Notes under the pieces: generated by a model
What the model was told of the DNA's origin: nothing
The model's input: only the letters and a program-made list of their open reading frames with translations
The model's database searches: none
NCBI GenBank assembly: GCA_963422645.2
Contig: CAXXVO010000006.1
Location: forward strand, 128,001 to 192,000
From: Alphaproteobacteria bacterium
Lineage (GTDB): Bacteria > Pseudomonadota > Alphaproteobacteria > UBA828
Reading direction: 5' to 3'
DNA length: 64,000 nucleotides
Part shown: in pieces, positions 49,655-61,438 of the stretch
How the letters are laid out: each line of letters opens with the position of its first letter
Position numbering within the stretch: the first letter of the stretch is position 1
Translations under genes and position numbers: made by a program

Positions 49655-50677
49655 TTAGCGGAAGTGCGGAATCACGTGGTCGCCGTAGTCGGCGACGATA
49701 CGCTCCTCCGAGCCGTTGGTGAGGTAGATCGTGAACTGGGTGACGCCCGCCGCCTGCAGCGCCTTGAGCTTGGCCACGTGCTCGTCCGGCTCGCCCAGGA
49801 TGCAGAAGGAGTCGGTGATCTCCGGCGTGATGTAATAGGTGTTGTCGGAGACCTTGTCGGCGTGCTGGCGGTAGTTGTAGCCCGCGCCGCCCGCGCCCGC
49901 GCCGCGCCGCGCTTCGATATAGGCGGTGAGGCTGTCGGGCACGAGGTCGGTACCGGCGCCGTACTTCTCGACGATATCGGCCACGTGGTTGCCGACCAGC
50001 GCGGGGAACCACTTGGTCTGCGCGATGCCGGCCTCCTTGTCGCCGACCCAGACAGGGGCGGCCGAGAGCACCCGGTAGCCCCCCATGTCGCGGCCCGCGG
50101 CCTCGCCCGCCACCTTGGCCTGGCCGCCGAACCACTCACAGAGCCCGACGTCGGCGAGCTGGATGATGAGTCCGTCGCCGACCTCGCCGGCCGTCTTCAG
50201 CGCCTTGGGCCCGTAGGCCGCGAACCAGACCGGCATGGGGTGGCCCGCGACCCACTCCATGTAGACCGGCTCCGGGCAGTCCGCGTATTGCACGGTATCG
50301 CCCGCCACCATCTTGCGCATCGCATCGCAGAACTCGGCGGTGTAGGCCAGCGTCGCCGGCGACTTGCCCATGACCCGCATGGAGCTGTCGCCGCGCCCGA
50401 CCGCGATGTCGAAGCGGCCGCGCCCGATGTCGCTCAGCGTGGCGAAGAGGCTCGCCGCCACGGACCAGTCGCGCACCTTGGGGTTGGTCACCAGCGGGCC
50501 GTAGCGCACGCGCTCGGTATTGGCCATGCAGACCGCCATCTTGGTGTAGCAGTCCGACCAGAGGATGTGGGAATCGAAGAACCAGACATAGTCGAAGCCC
50601 GCCACTTCGCACTGGCGCGCGATGGCGACGGTGCGCTCGACCCCTATGTCGCCCTTGAAAGCAATCCCAAACTCCAT
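49655..50677 (-). CDS. LLM-class (luciferase-like) flavin/F420-dependent oxidoreductase
   Basis: WFFDSHILW, VTNP, GRGDSS, AAYGPKAL...DG. Confidence 0.88.
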   Translation of the reverse strand: MEFGIAFKGDIGVERTVAIARQCEVAGFDYVWFFDSHILWSDCYTKMAVCMANTERVRYGPLVTNPKVRDWSVAASLFATLSDIGRGRFDIAVGRGDSSMRVMGKSPATLAYTAEFCDAMRKMVAGDTVQYADCPEPVYMEWVAGHPMPVWFAAYGPKALKTAGEVGDGLIIQLADVGLCEWFGGQAKVAGEAAGRDMGGYRVLSAAPVWVGDKEAGIAQTKWFPALVGNHVADIVEKYGAGTDLVPDSLTAYIEARRGAGAGGAGYNYRQHADKVSDNTYYITPEITDSFCILGEPDEHVAKLKALQAAGVTQFTIYLTNGSEERIVADYGDHVIPHFR

Positions 50678-50810
50678 CCCTCAGCTCCCCTTTGGCCTCC
50701 GCAGCGCTGGCGCGGCCTGCGGCCGCCCGCGAAGCCGCCATAGTAGCGCACTTGCGCTGCGGACTTGAACGGCGCGGGGGAACGCCGCCTCGTGAGCAGG
50801 GCGTGGCCGG

Positions 50811-53549
50811 TCAGGGCGCTGGCCCCTCCTCGTCTCCGTCGAGCCCAGCGCGCAGAGCGTAGACGAGCTCCAGTGCGTCCCGCGGCGTGAGGTCGTCGGG
50901 GTTGATGGCTGCGAGGCGGGCGCGGAGCGGATCGGGCGCAGGGTCAGGCAGCGCGGGCGCGGACGGGCGGGCCTGGAAGAGCGGCAGGTCGTTCGCGAGC
51001 CTGGCGGCGGCAGTAGCCTTCTCGCCCTGCTCCAGCACCGCCAGCACCGCCTCGGCGCGGGTCAGAACCGCCTCGGGCAACCCTGCGAGACGCGCCACGT
51101 GGATTCCGTAGGAGCGATCCGCCGCACCCGGTGCCACTTCGTGCAGGAACACCACGCTTCCCTTCCATTCCTTTATCCGCATGGTGTGGCAGGCGAGCCG
51201 GTCGAGCTTCTGGGCGAGCGCGGTGAGCTCGTGATAGTGGGTCGCGAAGAGCGCCCGGCAGCGATTGCCGTCGTGCAGATGCTCGATCGCGGCCCAGGCA
51301 ATGGAGAGCCCATCATAGGTGGCGGTGCCGCGCCCGATCTCGTCGAGGATCACCAACGCCCCCCCGCCGGCCTGGTTGAGAATGGCGGCGGTCTCCACCA
51401 TCTCCACCATGAAGGTGGAACGCCCACGCGCGAGATCGTCGGCCGCGCCGACGCGGGAGAAGAGCCGGTCCACCACGCCGATTCGGGCGGAGGCGGCGGG
51501 CACGAACGAGCCCATCTGCGCCAGCACCGCGATCAGCGCATTCTGGCGCAGGAAGGTGCTCTTGCCGGCCATGTTGGGGCCGGTAACCAGCCAGATCCGG
51601 GCGTCCTCGCCCAGGTCGCAATCGTTGGGGACGAAGGGCGTATCCCCGCCTGCGCCCATGGCTTCCACCACCGGGTGCCGGCCGCCCTCGATCGCGAAGG
51701 TGGCCGTGTCGTCGACAATGGGCCGCGTATAGCGTCGCTCGACGGCGAGCTGAGCCAGCCCCTGGGCCACGTCAAGCGCAGCCAGGGCGCCGGCGGCCCG
51801 CGCGATGTCCTCGGCCCGGCGGACGACATCGGCGCGGAGGTCGTCGAAGTGCGCCTGCTCCAGGCTGAGCGCCTTGTCGGCCGCGCCGGTAATCCGTGCC
51901 TCCAGCTCGCCGAGCTCCACGGTCGTGTAGCGGACGGCGCTCGCCAGCGTCTGGCGGTGAATGAAGGCCTCGGTCAGCGCCTCGGCCCGCGGCGGCGGCA
52001 CCTCGACGTAGTAGCCGAGCACGTTGTTGTGGCGCACCTTGAGGGCATTGACGCCGGTCTCGGTGCGGTAGCGGGCCTCCAGCCCGCCGATCAGACGCCG
52101 GCTGTGGTCGCGCAGCTCCACCACCTCGTCGAGCGCTTCATCGTAGCCACGCGCGATGACGCCGCCCTCCCGGATGCTGGGCGGCGGGCTCTCCACGAGC
52201 GCCTGGTTCAGGCGATCCACGAGGCTCTGGTGATGGCCGAGCGCCTTGAGATCGGCTGCGAGCGCCGGCGGCGGCCTTCGCAGGCCGCCGGCGTCCTCAG
52301 CGCCGAGAGCATTCCGGATCGCCGGAATCTGGCCGAGCGCATCGCGTACCGCGGCGAGGTCGCGCGGCCCGCCGCGCCCCAGGCTGAGGCGCGAGAGCGC
52401 GCGCTCCACGTCTGGGCAGCGACGCAACCGCTCCCGAAGGCCACTCCGCGCGCCCTCCGCCTCGACCAGGAAGCCGATGGAATCGAGCCGCTCGGCGATG
52501 GCGGCAGGCTCGGTGAGCGGTGCGGTGAGCCGCGCCCTGAGCAGCCGGGCGCCCGCCCCGGTGACGGTGCGGTCGATCACCGAAAGCAGGCTGCCTGCCG
52601 CACCGCCGTCCAGGGTCGCCGTGAGCTCCAGGTTGCGTCGGGTCGCGGCGTCGATCGCCATCGCGGCGCCGGTCTCGGTCGAGCGGAGCCGCGCGAGCCG
52701 CGGTAGCTGGCCCTTCTGGGTGAGCTGCAGATAGCCGAGCACGGCGCCGGCGGCAGCGAGCTCAGCGCGTCCGAAGGAGCCGAGACCGTCGAGGGAGGCC
52801 AAGCCGTAGAACGCCGCGAGTGCGCGCCCGGCGGCGACACTGTCGAAGAGGGAGCGCGGCTGGGGCGTGAGGGCTTCCTTCCATTCGGCGAAGAGCTCGA
52901 AGAGCGCCGGTGTCTCGAGCAGCGGCTCGGGCACCAGGATTTCGCCGGGCTCAAGGCGCGCGAGCGCCGCAGGCAGCGAAGCCTCGGAGACCCTCATCAC
53001 CGCGAATTCACCGGTGGACATCTCGGCCCACGCCAGCGCCAGGGCGCCTTCGGCCTGTGCAAGGGCTGCGAGGTAGTTGGCCGCGCGTGCATCCAGGAGC
53101 GCATCCTCGCTCAGCGTCCCCGGCGTCACCACGCGGACGACCTCGCGGCGGACGACCGCCTTCGCGCCCCGCTTGCGGGCCTCGGCCGGATCCTCCACCT
53201 GCTCGCAGACGGCGACTCTGAAGCCCTTTCGGATCATCCGTTGGAGATAGCCCTCGGCGCTCACCACGGGCACGCCGCACATCGGGATCTCCTGTCCCTG
53301 GTGGAGGCCCCTCTTGGTGAGCGCGATGTCGAGCGCCTCCGAGGCTTGCCGCGCGTCGTCGAAAAAGAGCTCGTAGAAGTCCCCCATCCGGTAGAAGAGG
53401 AGGTGGTCCGGGTGGGCGCCCTTGATTTCAAGATATTGCGCCATCATCGGCGTCGCGGGCTCGACGCGACGCGCGCGCGGGCGGCCCCGGCGGGCAACGC
53501 GGGCGGCAGCCGGCAGGGCGGATGCTTGCGCCTGGGCGTCATCGGGCAT
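50811..53549 (-). CDS. mutS: DNA mismatch repair protein MutS
   Basis: [49 protein letters not shown]. Confidence 0.98.
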   Translation of the reverse strand: MPDDAQAQASALPAAARVARRGRPRARRVEPATPMMAQYLEIKGAHPDHLLFYRMGDFYELFFDDARQASEALDIALTKRGLHQGQEIPMCGVPVVSAEGYLQRMIRKGFRVAVCEQVEDPAEARKRGAKAVVRREVVRVVTPGTLSEDALLDARAANYLAALAQAEGALALAWAEMSTGEFAVMRVSEASLPAALARLEPGEILVPEPLLETPALFELFAEWKEALTPQPRSLFDSVAAGRALAAFYGLASLDGLGSFGRAELAAAGAVLGYLQLTQKGQLPRLARLRSTETGAAMAIDAATRRNLELTATLDGGAAGSLLSVIDRTVTGAGARLLRARLTAPLTEPAAIAERLDSIGFLVEAEGARSGLRERLRRCPDVERALSRLSLGRGGPRDLAAVRDALGQIPAIRNALGAEDAGGLRRPPPALAADLKALGHHQSLVDRLNQALVESPPPSIREGGVIARGYDEALDEVVELRDHSRRLIGGLEARYRTETGVNALKVRHNNVLGYYVEVPPPRAEALTEAFIHRQTLASAVRYTTVELGELEARITGAADKALSLEQAHFDDLRADVVRRAEDIARAAGALAALDVAQGLAQLAVERRYTRPIVDDTATFAIEGGRHPVVEAMGAGGDTPFVPNDCDLGEDARIWLVTGPNMAGKSTFLRQNALIAVLAQMGSFVPAASARIGVVDRLFSRVGAADDLARGRSTFMVEMVETAAILNQAGGGALVILDEIGRGTATYDGLSIAWAAIEHLHDGNRCRALFATHYHELTALAQKLDRLACHTMRIKEWKGSVVFLHEVAPGAADRSYGIHVARLAGLPEAVLTRAEAVLAVLEQGEKATAAARLANDLPLFQARPSAPALPDPAPDPLRARLAAINPDDLTPRDALELVYALRAGLDGDEEGPAP

Positions 53550-53722
53550 GGCGCGACACTACCACAAGCGGTTTCCAGCGTTTCGTGCGCCCAGTCGGCA
53601 TTTTCACCACGGTCGGGGCCGGCGTCGCTGACCCCTGTTTGCCCTATATTCGTCACGCTCATGGTCGAATCCCTCTGGTAGACTTGAAGGTCCGGGATCA
53701 CGCTGCGGAGGAGAGCCGATCG

Positions 53723-55198
53723 ATGGCGGCACGCGTTGTTCCACTCCGCCGGTGGGCGCGCTGGAGCCTCGCGGCGTCGGTGCCGCTTGGACTCGCGTTC
53801 TTGGTACTTGGCGTACTCGGCCTCACGCCGCCCATCGCGGCGGTGCTGTCGTGGGCTGGCCTCAGCCTGCTCGCGGCAGCCGTGGCCGGCCTGTTCCTTG
53901 CGGATGTCGGCGCCCTCGCCCGCCACGTAGAGGCTGCTGCCGGAAGCGACGACGAGGCCCGTCAGAGGCCGTCGCCGACGGGGCTGCTTACCCGCGAGCT
54001 CGCGGCATCGGTCGAGCGCCTGACCCGGCTCGGAGCCGAGGGCCGAGCGCGGCTCGCCGGCGAGCGGGCCGAGCTGGAGCGCGCGCTCGACGCCTTGCCC
54101 GAGCCGCTGCTGCTGCTGGATGGCGAACGCAAGGTCGTGCGTGCCAACCGGGCGGCGACATCACTGCTCGGCGGCGAAGTGACCGGGCGCCATATCTCCG
54201 CCTCGCTGCGCAATCCGCAGCTGATCGAGGCGGTCGAGCAGACCATCGAAGGTGGCGGCGGGCGCGATATCGAGTTCACGCTGCAGGCGCCGGTCGAGCG
54301 CACCTTCGCGGCGCGGGTCGAGCCGCTGCCCGAGCCAAGGGAAAGCGGCGCCGCCGTGCTGCTCGCGCTCGTTGACTTCACTGCCGTGCGCCGCACCGAT
54401 CAGATGCGGGCCGACTTCGTCGCCAATGCGAGCCACGAGATCAGGACGCCGCTCGCCACCCTGATGGGGTTCATCGAGACGCTCCAGGGCTCCGCCCGCG
54501 ACGATGCGGCCGCTCGCGAGCGCTTTCTCACCATCATGGATCAGCACGGCAAGCGCATGGCGCGCCTCGTAGAAGACCTGCTCTCGCTCTCGCGCATCGA
54601 GATGAACGAGCACACGCCGCCCACTGAGGCGGTGCCGCTCCCTTCCCTGCTCGCCAATGTGCGCAATACGCTCTCGTGGCGGGCAGAGCAGCGCGGGGTG
54701 AGCATTGCCATCGAGGCCGAAGAGGGCTTGCCCCCGGTGATCGGCGACGGCGACGAACTAACCCAGGTGTTTCTCAACTTGGTGGACAACGCGATCAAGT
54801 ACGGCGACGCCGAGGGAACAGTCAGCGTGCAAGTACGGCGGGTTGCAGAAGCCGAGGCCGCCGGCTGGATTGCGGGCAAGGACGGCGCGGTCTTGATTTC
54901 CGTCGCCGACCGAGGGGCGGGTATCCCGCGCGAGCAACTGCCGCGGCTGACGGAGCGCTTCTACCGTGTGGACAAGGCGCGCTCGCGCGAGCTCGGCGGC
55001 ACCGGCCTCGGGCTCGCCATCGTCAAGCACATCGTGAACAGGCACCGCGGCGCGCTCGCCATTGATAGCACCCCCGGCGAAGGCAGCACCTTTACCGTCT
55101 ACCTGCAGCCGGCAGCGCTGGCCGCCCCGGAGGGGGACGACGGGCCGGCCAACAACTCCACATCCGACCCGCCGGACGCTGGCGTCACAAAAGCGTAA
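53723..55198 (+). CDS. phoR: Phosphate regulon sensor kinase
   Basis: TM-PAS-HisKA; DFVANASHEIRTPL, ERFYRVDKARSR..GGTGLGLAIVKH; adjacent to the pst genes. Confidence 0.9.
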   Translation: MAARVVPLRRWARWSLAASVPLGLAFLVLGVLGLTPPIAAVLSWAGLSLLAAAVAGLFLADVGALARHVEAAAGSDDEARQRPSPTGLLTRELAASVERLTRLGAEGRARLAGERAELERALDALPEPLLLLDGERKVVRANRAATSLLGGEVTGRHISASLRNPQLIEAVEQTIEGGGGRDIEFTLQAPVERTFAARVEPLPEPRESGAAVLLALVDFTAVRRTDQMRADFVANASHEIRTPLATLMGFIETLQGSARDDAAARERFLTIMDQHGKRMARLVEDLLSLSRIEMNEHTPPTEAVPLPSLLANVRNTLSWRAEQRGVSIAIEAEEGLPPVIGDGDELTQVFLNLVDNAIKYGDAEGTVSVQVRRVAEAEAAGWIAGKDGAVLISVADRGAGIPREQLPRLTERFYRVDKARSRELGGTGLGLAIVKHIVNRHRGALAIDSTPGEGSTFTVYLQPAALAAPEGDDGPANNSTSDPPDAGVTKA

Positions 55199-55203
55199 CG
55201 AAA
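55182..55203 (+). promoter_or_regulatory. Putative Pho box upstream of pstC
   Basis: GCGTCAC-AAAA-GCGTAAC-GAAA has an 11-bp period and resembles CTGTCAT-A(A/T)A(A/T). Confidence 0.6.
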
Positions 55204-55287
55204 TTGACTTATCCCTGCATCGGCCGATTCGTAGTGTGAGGCTAGCGCTCGCTTGAGCGGGCGCACGGGGCAGGGGCGGCCGTCGGC

Positions 55288-56670
55288 GTGCAGCTCACCA
55301 TTCTCCTCATTGCAGTGTTGGCGCTTGTGGTCATCGGCCTCTATTTCGGCCGACGGCGGGCGCTCAGCACGGCCGGCAGCAATCTCAGCAAACTCCACTC
55401 GATGCCGAGCTATCACGGCTGGTACGTGGCGCTCTGGTGCGGCATCCCGTCGGGTATCGTTCTTCTCGTCTGGCTGATCATCGAAGCGCCGATTCTGGAA
55501 GCGCTGCTGCTGTCGTACCTCGGACCGGAGGTGGCGAACCAGTCGGAGGCGATGATCGGCCTCCTGCTCAACGACGTGCGCAATCTGGCTTCGGGCGACG
55601 TGGTGAGCCGCGAGATCGACCCGGCCATGCAGGCGGCGGCAGACCGATACTCCAGCATGAAATCCACAGCCCAGGCCGCGGTGCTGGCGATCGGCGTGGC
55701 CTTGGGCGGCGCCGGCTTCGGCTGGGCCTGGCGGCGCATATCGCCAGGCCTGCGGACGCGCAACAAGGTCGAGCGGGTGGTGAACATCGCGCTCATCCTC
55801 TCCTCCTGCGTCGCCATCGTCACCACCATCGGCATCGTTCTCTCGGTGCTCTTCGAATCGATCCGCTTCTTCTCAATCATCCCCTTCTGGGACTTCCTGT
55901 TCGGCCTGAAATGGAGTCCGCAGACGGCGATCCGCGCGGATCAGGTGGGCAGCACCGGTGCGTTCGGCGCCATCCCGCTCTTCACCGGCACGCTGATGAT
56001 CACGGTGATCGCCATGCTGGTCGCGCTGCCGGTCGGCCTCTTCGCCGCCATCTACATGGCCGAATTCGCGAGCCCACGGTTCCGCAACGTGACCAAGCCC
56101 ATCCTGGAGATCCTGGCCGGCGTGCCCACGGTGGTTTACGGCTTCTTCGCGGCGCTGGTGGTGGCGCCCGCGGTCAGGGGGGCGGGCGAAGCCATCGGCC
56201 TCGATGTCGCGTCCGAGAGCGCGCTCGCCGCCGGCGCCGTCATGGGCATCATGATCATCCCTTTCATTTCGTCGCTGAGCGACGACGCCATCGTGGCCGT
56301 GCCCAACGCGCTGCGTGAGGGCTCGCTCGCCATGGGGGCGACCAAATCGGAGACCGTGGTCAGGGTCATCCTGCCGGCAGCCCTGCCCGGGATCGTCGCC
56401 GCCTGTCTGCTCGCGGTGAGCCGTGCCATCGGCGAGACCATGATCGTGGTCATGGCCGCGGGCCTCGCCGCCAACCTCACCGCCAATCCACTGGATGCGG
56501 TAACCACCGTCACGGTGCAGATCGTGACGCTGCTGGTCGGCGACCAGGAATTCGACAGCGCCAAGACTCTGGCCGCTTTTGCGCTCGGTCTGATGCTCTT
56601 CGTCGTGACGCTCGCGCTCAACGTCTTCGCGCTGCACATCGCGCGCAAGTATCGGGAGCAATATGACTGA
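55288..56670 (+). CDS. pstC: Phosphate ABC transporter permease
   Basis: LAGVPTVVYG, LREGSLAMGAT, SRAIGETM. Confidence 0.95.
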   Translation: MQLTILLIAVLALVVIGLYFGRRRALSTAGSNLSKLHSMPSYHGWYVALWCGIPSGIVLLVWLIIEAPILEALLLSYLGPEVANQSEAMIGLLLNDVRNLASGDVVSREIDPAMQAAADRYSSMKSTAQAAVLAIGVALGGAGFGWAWRRISPGLRTRNKVERVVNIALILSSCVAIVTTIGIVLSVLFESIRFFSIIPFWDFLFGLKWSPQTAIRADQVGSTGAFGAIPLFTGTLMITVIAMLVALPVGLFAAIYMAEFASPRFRNVTKPILEILAGVPTVVYGFFAALVVAPAVRGAGEAIGLDVASESALAAGAVMGIMIIPFISSLSDDAIVAVPNALREGSLAMGATKSETVVRVILPAALPGIVAACLLAVSRAIGETMIVVMAAGLAANLTANPLDAVTTVTVQIVTLLVGDQEFDSAKTLAAFALGLMLFVVTLALNVFALHIARKYREQYD

Positions 56671-57973
56671 TCTCGCCCAATCGGCGCTCACCGGTGCCTG
56701 GCAGGACGCGGCCTGGACGGAGCGCAGGCTGCGCCGGCGCTACCGCGCCGAGCGCCGCTTCAAGATCTACGGCCTCGTTGCCGTGGGCCTCGCGCTCGCC
56801 GCCCTCGCGCTCCTGCTCGGCAGCGTCATCGCCAGCGGATATCCCGCCTTCGTGCGGACTTCGGTCGCGCTCGAGGTCTCCTTCGACCCCGGCCTCCTGG
56901 GTGTGGGCGATGCGCCGACGGCCGAAGAGTTGCAGAGGGCGAACTACGGCAGCCTGCTGCGGGAAGCGGTCTTCGCCGCCTTCCCCGAGGTGACGGCGCG
57001 GAAGGAGCGGCGCAAGCTGCTCAAGCTGGTCAGCACGGCGGCGCGCTTCGAGCTGCGCGAGATGATCGTGGACGATCCCTCGATCATCGGGACCACGCGG
57101 CGCGTCTGGCTAACGGCATCCAGCGATGTCGACATGATGAACAAGGGCAGCGCGCCGCGCGACGTGCCGCAGGACGAGCGCCGCCTCGACGACCAGCAGC
57201 TCGCCTGGATCGACACGCTGGATGCGGCAGGCTTCATAGAGACGGGCTTCAACGCTGGCTTCTTTATCGATGCGGATTCGCGGGAGCCGGAGATCGCCGG
57301 CATCGGCGGCGCGATCATGGGCTCCTTCTACATGCTGCTGGTCACGCTGGTGCTGGCGTTCCCGATCGGCGTGACCGCAGCCATCTACCTCGAGGAGTTC
57401 GCACCCAAGAACCGCATCACCGATCTGATCGAGGTGAACATCAACAACCTCGCGGCGGTGCCATCCATCGTGTTCGGCCTGCTCGGGCTCGCGGTGTTCA
57501 TCAACCTGTTCCACCTGCCGCGCTCCGCACCCATCGTGGGCGGGCTCACGCTCACCCTGATGACGCTGCCGACGATCATCATCGCCGCCCGTGCCGCGCT
57601 CATGGCGGTGCCGCCGTCGATCCGCGAGGGTGCCTACGGTGTCGGCGCCTCGCCGATCCAGGTGGTCTTCCACCACGTGCTGCCGCTCGCCATGCCCGGC
57701 ATCCTCACCGGCACGATCATCGGCATGGCCCGGGCACTGGGCGAGTCCGCGCCGCTGCTCATGATCGGGATGGTGGCCTTCATCGTCGACATCCCCGGCG
57801 GCCCCTTTGATCCGGCGACAGCGCTCCCCGTTCAGATCTTCCTCTGGGCCGACAGCCCCGAGCGCGGCTTCGTGGAGAAGGTCTCGGCGGCAATCCTCGT
57901 GCTTCTGGCGTTTCTGATCGTGATGAACGCCGCAGCGATCTATCTCAGGCGCAAATTCGAGATCCGCTGGTAG
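56663..57973 (+). CDS. pstA: Phosphate ABC transporter permease
   Basis: [25 protein letters not shown]. Confidence 0.95.
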   Translation: MTDLAQSALTGAWQDAAWTERRLRRRYRAERRFKIYGLVAVGLALAALALLLGSVIASGYPAFVRTSVALEVSFDPGLLGVGDAPTAEELQRANYGSLLREAVFAAFPEVTARKERRKLLKLVSTAARFELREMIVDDPSIIGTTRRVWLTASSDVDMMNKGSAPRDVPQDERRLDDQQLAWIDTLDAAGFIETGFNAGFFIDADSREPEIAGIGGAIMGSFYMLLVTLVLAFPIGVTAAIYLEEFAPKNRITDLIEVNINNLAAVPSIVFGLLGLAVFINLFHLPRSAPIVGGLTLTLMTLPTIIIAARAALMAVPPSIREGAYGVGASPIQVVFHHVLPLAMPGILTGTIIGMARALGESAPLLMIGMVAFIVDIPGGPFDPATALPVQIFLWADSPERGFVEKVSAAILVLLAFLIVMNAAAIYLRRKFEIRW

Positions 57974-57992
57974 GCGGGCAGGGAGTGGTATC

Positions 57993-58844
57993 GTGACGGA
58001 AGACACCGATGGGATTGTCTCGCTGATGATGGATGAAGACGGCGCGCCGGCCGCCGCCGGCAGCGACACCGACGCCGACAGGGCGCCCCGGATGCGGATG
58101 CGCGCGCGCGACGTTAACGTCTTCTACGCGGACAAGCAGGCGCTCTTCGATGTCGACATCGATCTCGCCCTAAACAAGGTGACGGCGCTGATCGGCCCGT
58201 CGGGCTGCGGCAAGTCGACCTTTCTGCGCTGCCTCAACCGCATGAACGACATCATCGACATCTGCCGGGTGACCGGATCGATCACGCTGGACGACCGGGA
58301 TATTTACAGCCGCGATATCGACGTGGTGCAGCTCAGGGCGCGCGTCGGCATGGTCTTCCAGAAGCCCAATCCCTTCCCGAAGTCGATCTACGAGAACGTG
58401 GCCTACGGGCCGCGCATCCACGGCCTCGCCGGCAAGGGGAGCGCGCTCGACGACATCGTGGAGCAAAGCCTGCGCCGCGCGGGCCTCTTCGACGAAGTCT
58501 CCGACCGGCTCCAACAACCGGGCACCGGGCTCTCCGGCGGACAGCAGCAGCGGCTCTGCATCGCGCGCGCCATTGCCATCAGCCCAGAGGTCATCCTGAT
58601 GGACGAGCCCTGCTCGGCGCTGGACCCCATCGCCACGGCGAAGGTCGAGGAGCTGATCGACGAGCTCCGCGAGCACTACACGATCGCCATTGTCACCCAC
58701 AACATGCAGCAGGCCGCCCGGGTCTCCCAGTTCACGGCGTTCTTCCATCTGGGCGAGCTGGTGGAGTTCGAAGCGACCGAGCAGATCTTCACCAATCCGC
58801 ACGATCAGCGGACGCAGGATTACATCACCGGGCGCTTCGGCTAG
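57993..58844 (+). CDS. pstB: Phosphate ABC transporter ATP-binding protein
   Basis: [33 protein letters not shown]. Confidence 0.97.
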   Translation: MTEDTDGIVSLMMDEDGAPAAAGSDTDADRAPRMRMRARDVNVFYADKQALFDVDIDLALNKVTALIGPSGCGKSTFLRCLNRMNDIIDICRVTGSITLDDRDIYSRDIDVVQLRARVGMVFQKPNPFPKSIYENVAYGPRIHGLAGKGSALDDIVEQSLRRAGLFDEVSDRLQQPGTGLSGGQQQRLCIARAIAISPEVILMDEPCSALDPIATAKVEELIDELREHYTIAIVTHNMQQAARVSQFTAFFHLGELVEFEATEQIFTNPHDQRTQDYITGRFG

Positions 58845-58879
58845 GCGCGGGCGAGGGCTAAGGACAAGGAGAGCGACCG

Positions 58880-59608
58880 ATGGCTGCCGAGCATACGGTC
58901 AAGGCCTACGACGAGGAGCTGGATCGCATGAACAACGCGATCCTGGAAATGGGCGGGATCGTCGAGCAGCAGCTCGCCGCCTCCATCGCCTCGCTGGTCC
59001 GCCGCGACGACGACGCAGCCTCCCGCGTCATCACCGACGACCGGCGCGTGGACGCGCTGGAGGCCGAGATCGACCAGCTGGCGGTGCGCATCCTTGCGCT
59101 GCGCCAGCCGGTCGCCGTGGATCTGCGGGTGATTACCGCCTCTCTCAAAGTGGCGAGCGACCTGGAGCGGATGGGGGACTACGCCGCCAACGTCGCCAAG
59201 CGCTCCATCGCCATCCAGGACATCGACCCCGTCCGGCTCACCCACACGATCTCGCGGATGGCGGGCATCGCCCAGGGCATGATCAAGGACGTGCTCGATT
59301 CATTCAGGGACCGCGATGTGGAGCGGGCGATGGCGGTCTGGCGGCGCGACGAGGATGTGGACGAATCCTACAACAGCCTCTTCCGCGAGCTGCTCACTTA
59401 CATGATGGAGGATCCGCGCCGCATCACCACGTGCGCGCACCTGCTCTTCATCGCCAAGAATATCGAGCGGATCGGCGATCACGCGACCAACATCGCCGAG
59501 ACAGTGAACTACGTGGTGACAGGCACCCCGGTAGAGGAAGAGCGGCCCAAAGGCGACGTGACCTCCTTCCACCAGGAGGGCGACGAGACGGAGGCGACGG
59601 CGCCATGA
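58880..59608 (+). CDS. phoU: Phosphate signalling protein
   Basis: RQPVAVDLR, DLERMGD, IERIGDHATNIAE. Confidence 0.96.
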   Translation: MAAEHTVKAYDEELDRMNNAILEMGGIVEQQLAASIASLVRRDDDAASRVITDDRRVDALEAEIDQLAVRILALRQPVAVDLRVITASLKVASDLERMGDYAANVAKRSIAIQDIDPVRLTHTISRMAGIAQGMIKDVLDSFRDRDVERAMAVWRRDEDVDESYNSLFRELLTYMMEDPRRITTCAHLLFIAKNIERIGDHATNIAETVNYVVTGTPVEEERPKGDVTSFHQEGDETEATAP

Positions 59609-60297
59609 AGCCATACATTCTGGTCGTCGAGGACGAGGCGGCGCTGCTCACGCTGCTCCGCTACAACCTGGAGAAAGGCGGCTTCGAGGTGGACGAGGCC
59701 GTGGACGGCGAGGAGGCGCTGCTCATGGTGGATGAGCGGCGCCCCGACCTGATGGTGCTCGATTGGATGCTGCCGACCCTCTCCGGCATCGAGGTCTGCC
59801 GCCGCATCAGGCGGCGGCAGGACCCGCAGCCCCTCCCGATCGTCATGCTGACGGCGCGCGGCGATGAGGCGGACAGGGTGCGCGGCCTCGACGGCGGCGC
59901 GGACGACTACGTGGTCAAGCCCTTCTCGCCGGCCGAGCTGCTCGCCCGTATCCGCGCGATTCTGAGGCGCATGCGGCCCGCGCTCGGCGACGAGGTGCTG
60001 CACTATGCCGACCTCAAGATGGACCTCGCCGCTCACAGGGTGATGCGGGGGGACGAATCGATCCACCTGGGGCCGACCGAGTTCCGGCTGCTGCGGCATC
60101 TGATGGAGCACCCCGGCCGCGTCTTCTCGCGCGAGCAGCTGCTCGATTCGGTCTGGGGCCCGGACATCTTCATCGAGAGCCGGACGGTGGACGTGCACGT
60201 GCGCCGCCTGCGCCAGGCGCTCAACGCCGAGCGCCGGCCGGACCTGATCCGGACCGTCCGCTCGGCCGGCTACGCCCTGGATTCAGGCGTGGGTTGA
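59605..60297 (+). CDS. phoB: Phosphate regulon response regulator
   Basis: LDWMLP, GADDY, LGPTEFRLL, RTVDVHVRRLR, IRTVRSAGY. Confidence 0.96.
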   Translation: MKPYILVVEDEAALLTLLRYNLEKGGFEVDEAVDGEEALLMVDERRPDLMVLDWMLPTLSGIEVCRRIRRRQDPQPLPIVMLTARGDEADRVRGLDGGADDYVVKPFSPAELLARIRAILRRMRPALGDEVLHYADLKMDLAAHRVMRGDESIHLGPTEFRLLRHLMEHPGRVFSREQLLDSVWGPDIFIESRTVDVHVRRLRQALNAERRPDLIRTVRSAGYALDSGVG

Positions 60298-60906
60298 GGT
60301 GCGTGGCTTCGCTGTCGGTGGGACGCCGCCGCCGCGTGTGGCATTTGCGCCACAGTGAGCTGGAATTTATTGTATCTGACCGGTTTCTGACATGCTCAAT
60401 GGTGGTTGGAGCTTGCGTTGCGCACGCGCTCCAGTCCATTCTCTCGACGCGGCGGGTAGCGCCAGTACAAGGGCGTACCGCCGCTGATCCATGCATGGAA
60501 CACCATAATCGCGCGAATGAGGAGGATGGGAGGATGAAGAAGGAAGCGCGAAGTATGAGGAAGCGCTTCGTTCAAGTGTCATTCGTACTCCTGACTACGC
60601 TTGTCTACGACAACTAGCTGATTCGATACACTGATCGTTCATCCCCCCCGTAGCTTCTGTATCGATCTCCCGACTCGCGTACGCAGGCGTACGCGGGAGT
60701 TTGACATCACTCGCTTGCGTGGCGCTTACGGGATCGTGTACCCTCTCCGGGCGTGATCGAGGCGTTCGATCACGCGGCGATGGCGGGATCGAGGTCCCGG
60801 CGGGCAAGCGGCGAAGCCCGGCTGACGCGGACCGCCACAGGCCCTTTCACCATCGCCATTCCATGATCGAACGCCCTCTCGCGATGGTCAACGGGGTGGT
60901 GATTTT

Positions 60907-61438
60907 ATGTCACAATGCCGGGAGCGCACAATCTCCAAGCGGACCGTCGATGCCCTTTCCATCGAGGATCGGGACGCCATCTTCTGGGACCGCGATTTGT
61001 CCGGCTTCGGGGTGCGCGTCTACCCCTCGGGCCGCAAGGTCTACGTCGTGCAGAGCCGGGGGCCGCGCGGCTCCAGGCGGGTCACGCTGGGCCGGCATGG
61101 GGAGATTACCGCCGAGCAGGCGCGCAAGCGCGCCGCCGGGATCATCGACAGGATCAAGACCGGGCAGGAGCCGCTGCCTGCGGAGCCCGAGAAGGAGACA
61201 CGGGGCCGAGCGTAGCCGACCTTGCCGACCGCTTCATGCGCGCGCATGTGGCGGTGAACTGCAAGCCGGCGACGGCGGTGCGCTATGGGGGGCTGCTCAG
61301 GAACTGCATCCTGCCCGTCCTCGGGTCGATGCCGATCGGTTCTGTCGAGCGCACGCACGTGGCGGACCTGCACTACGCGCTTAGGGACCGGCCGAGCTCG
61401 GCGAACAGGTCGGTCGACATTTTGAAGAAGATGTTTTC
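60907..61438 (+). pseudogene. Tyrosine integrase N-terminal part (arm-binding plus core-binding), frameshifted near 61200 and cut by IS66
   Basis: IFWDRDLSGFGVRVYPSGRKVYVVQ..VTLGRHG, then SVADLADRF...ILPVLG...SANR. Confidence 0.85.
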
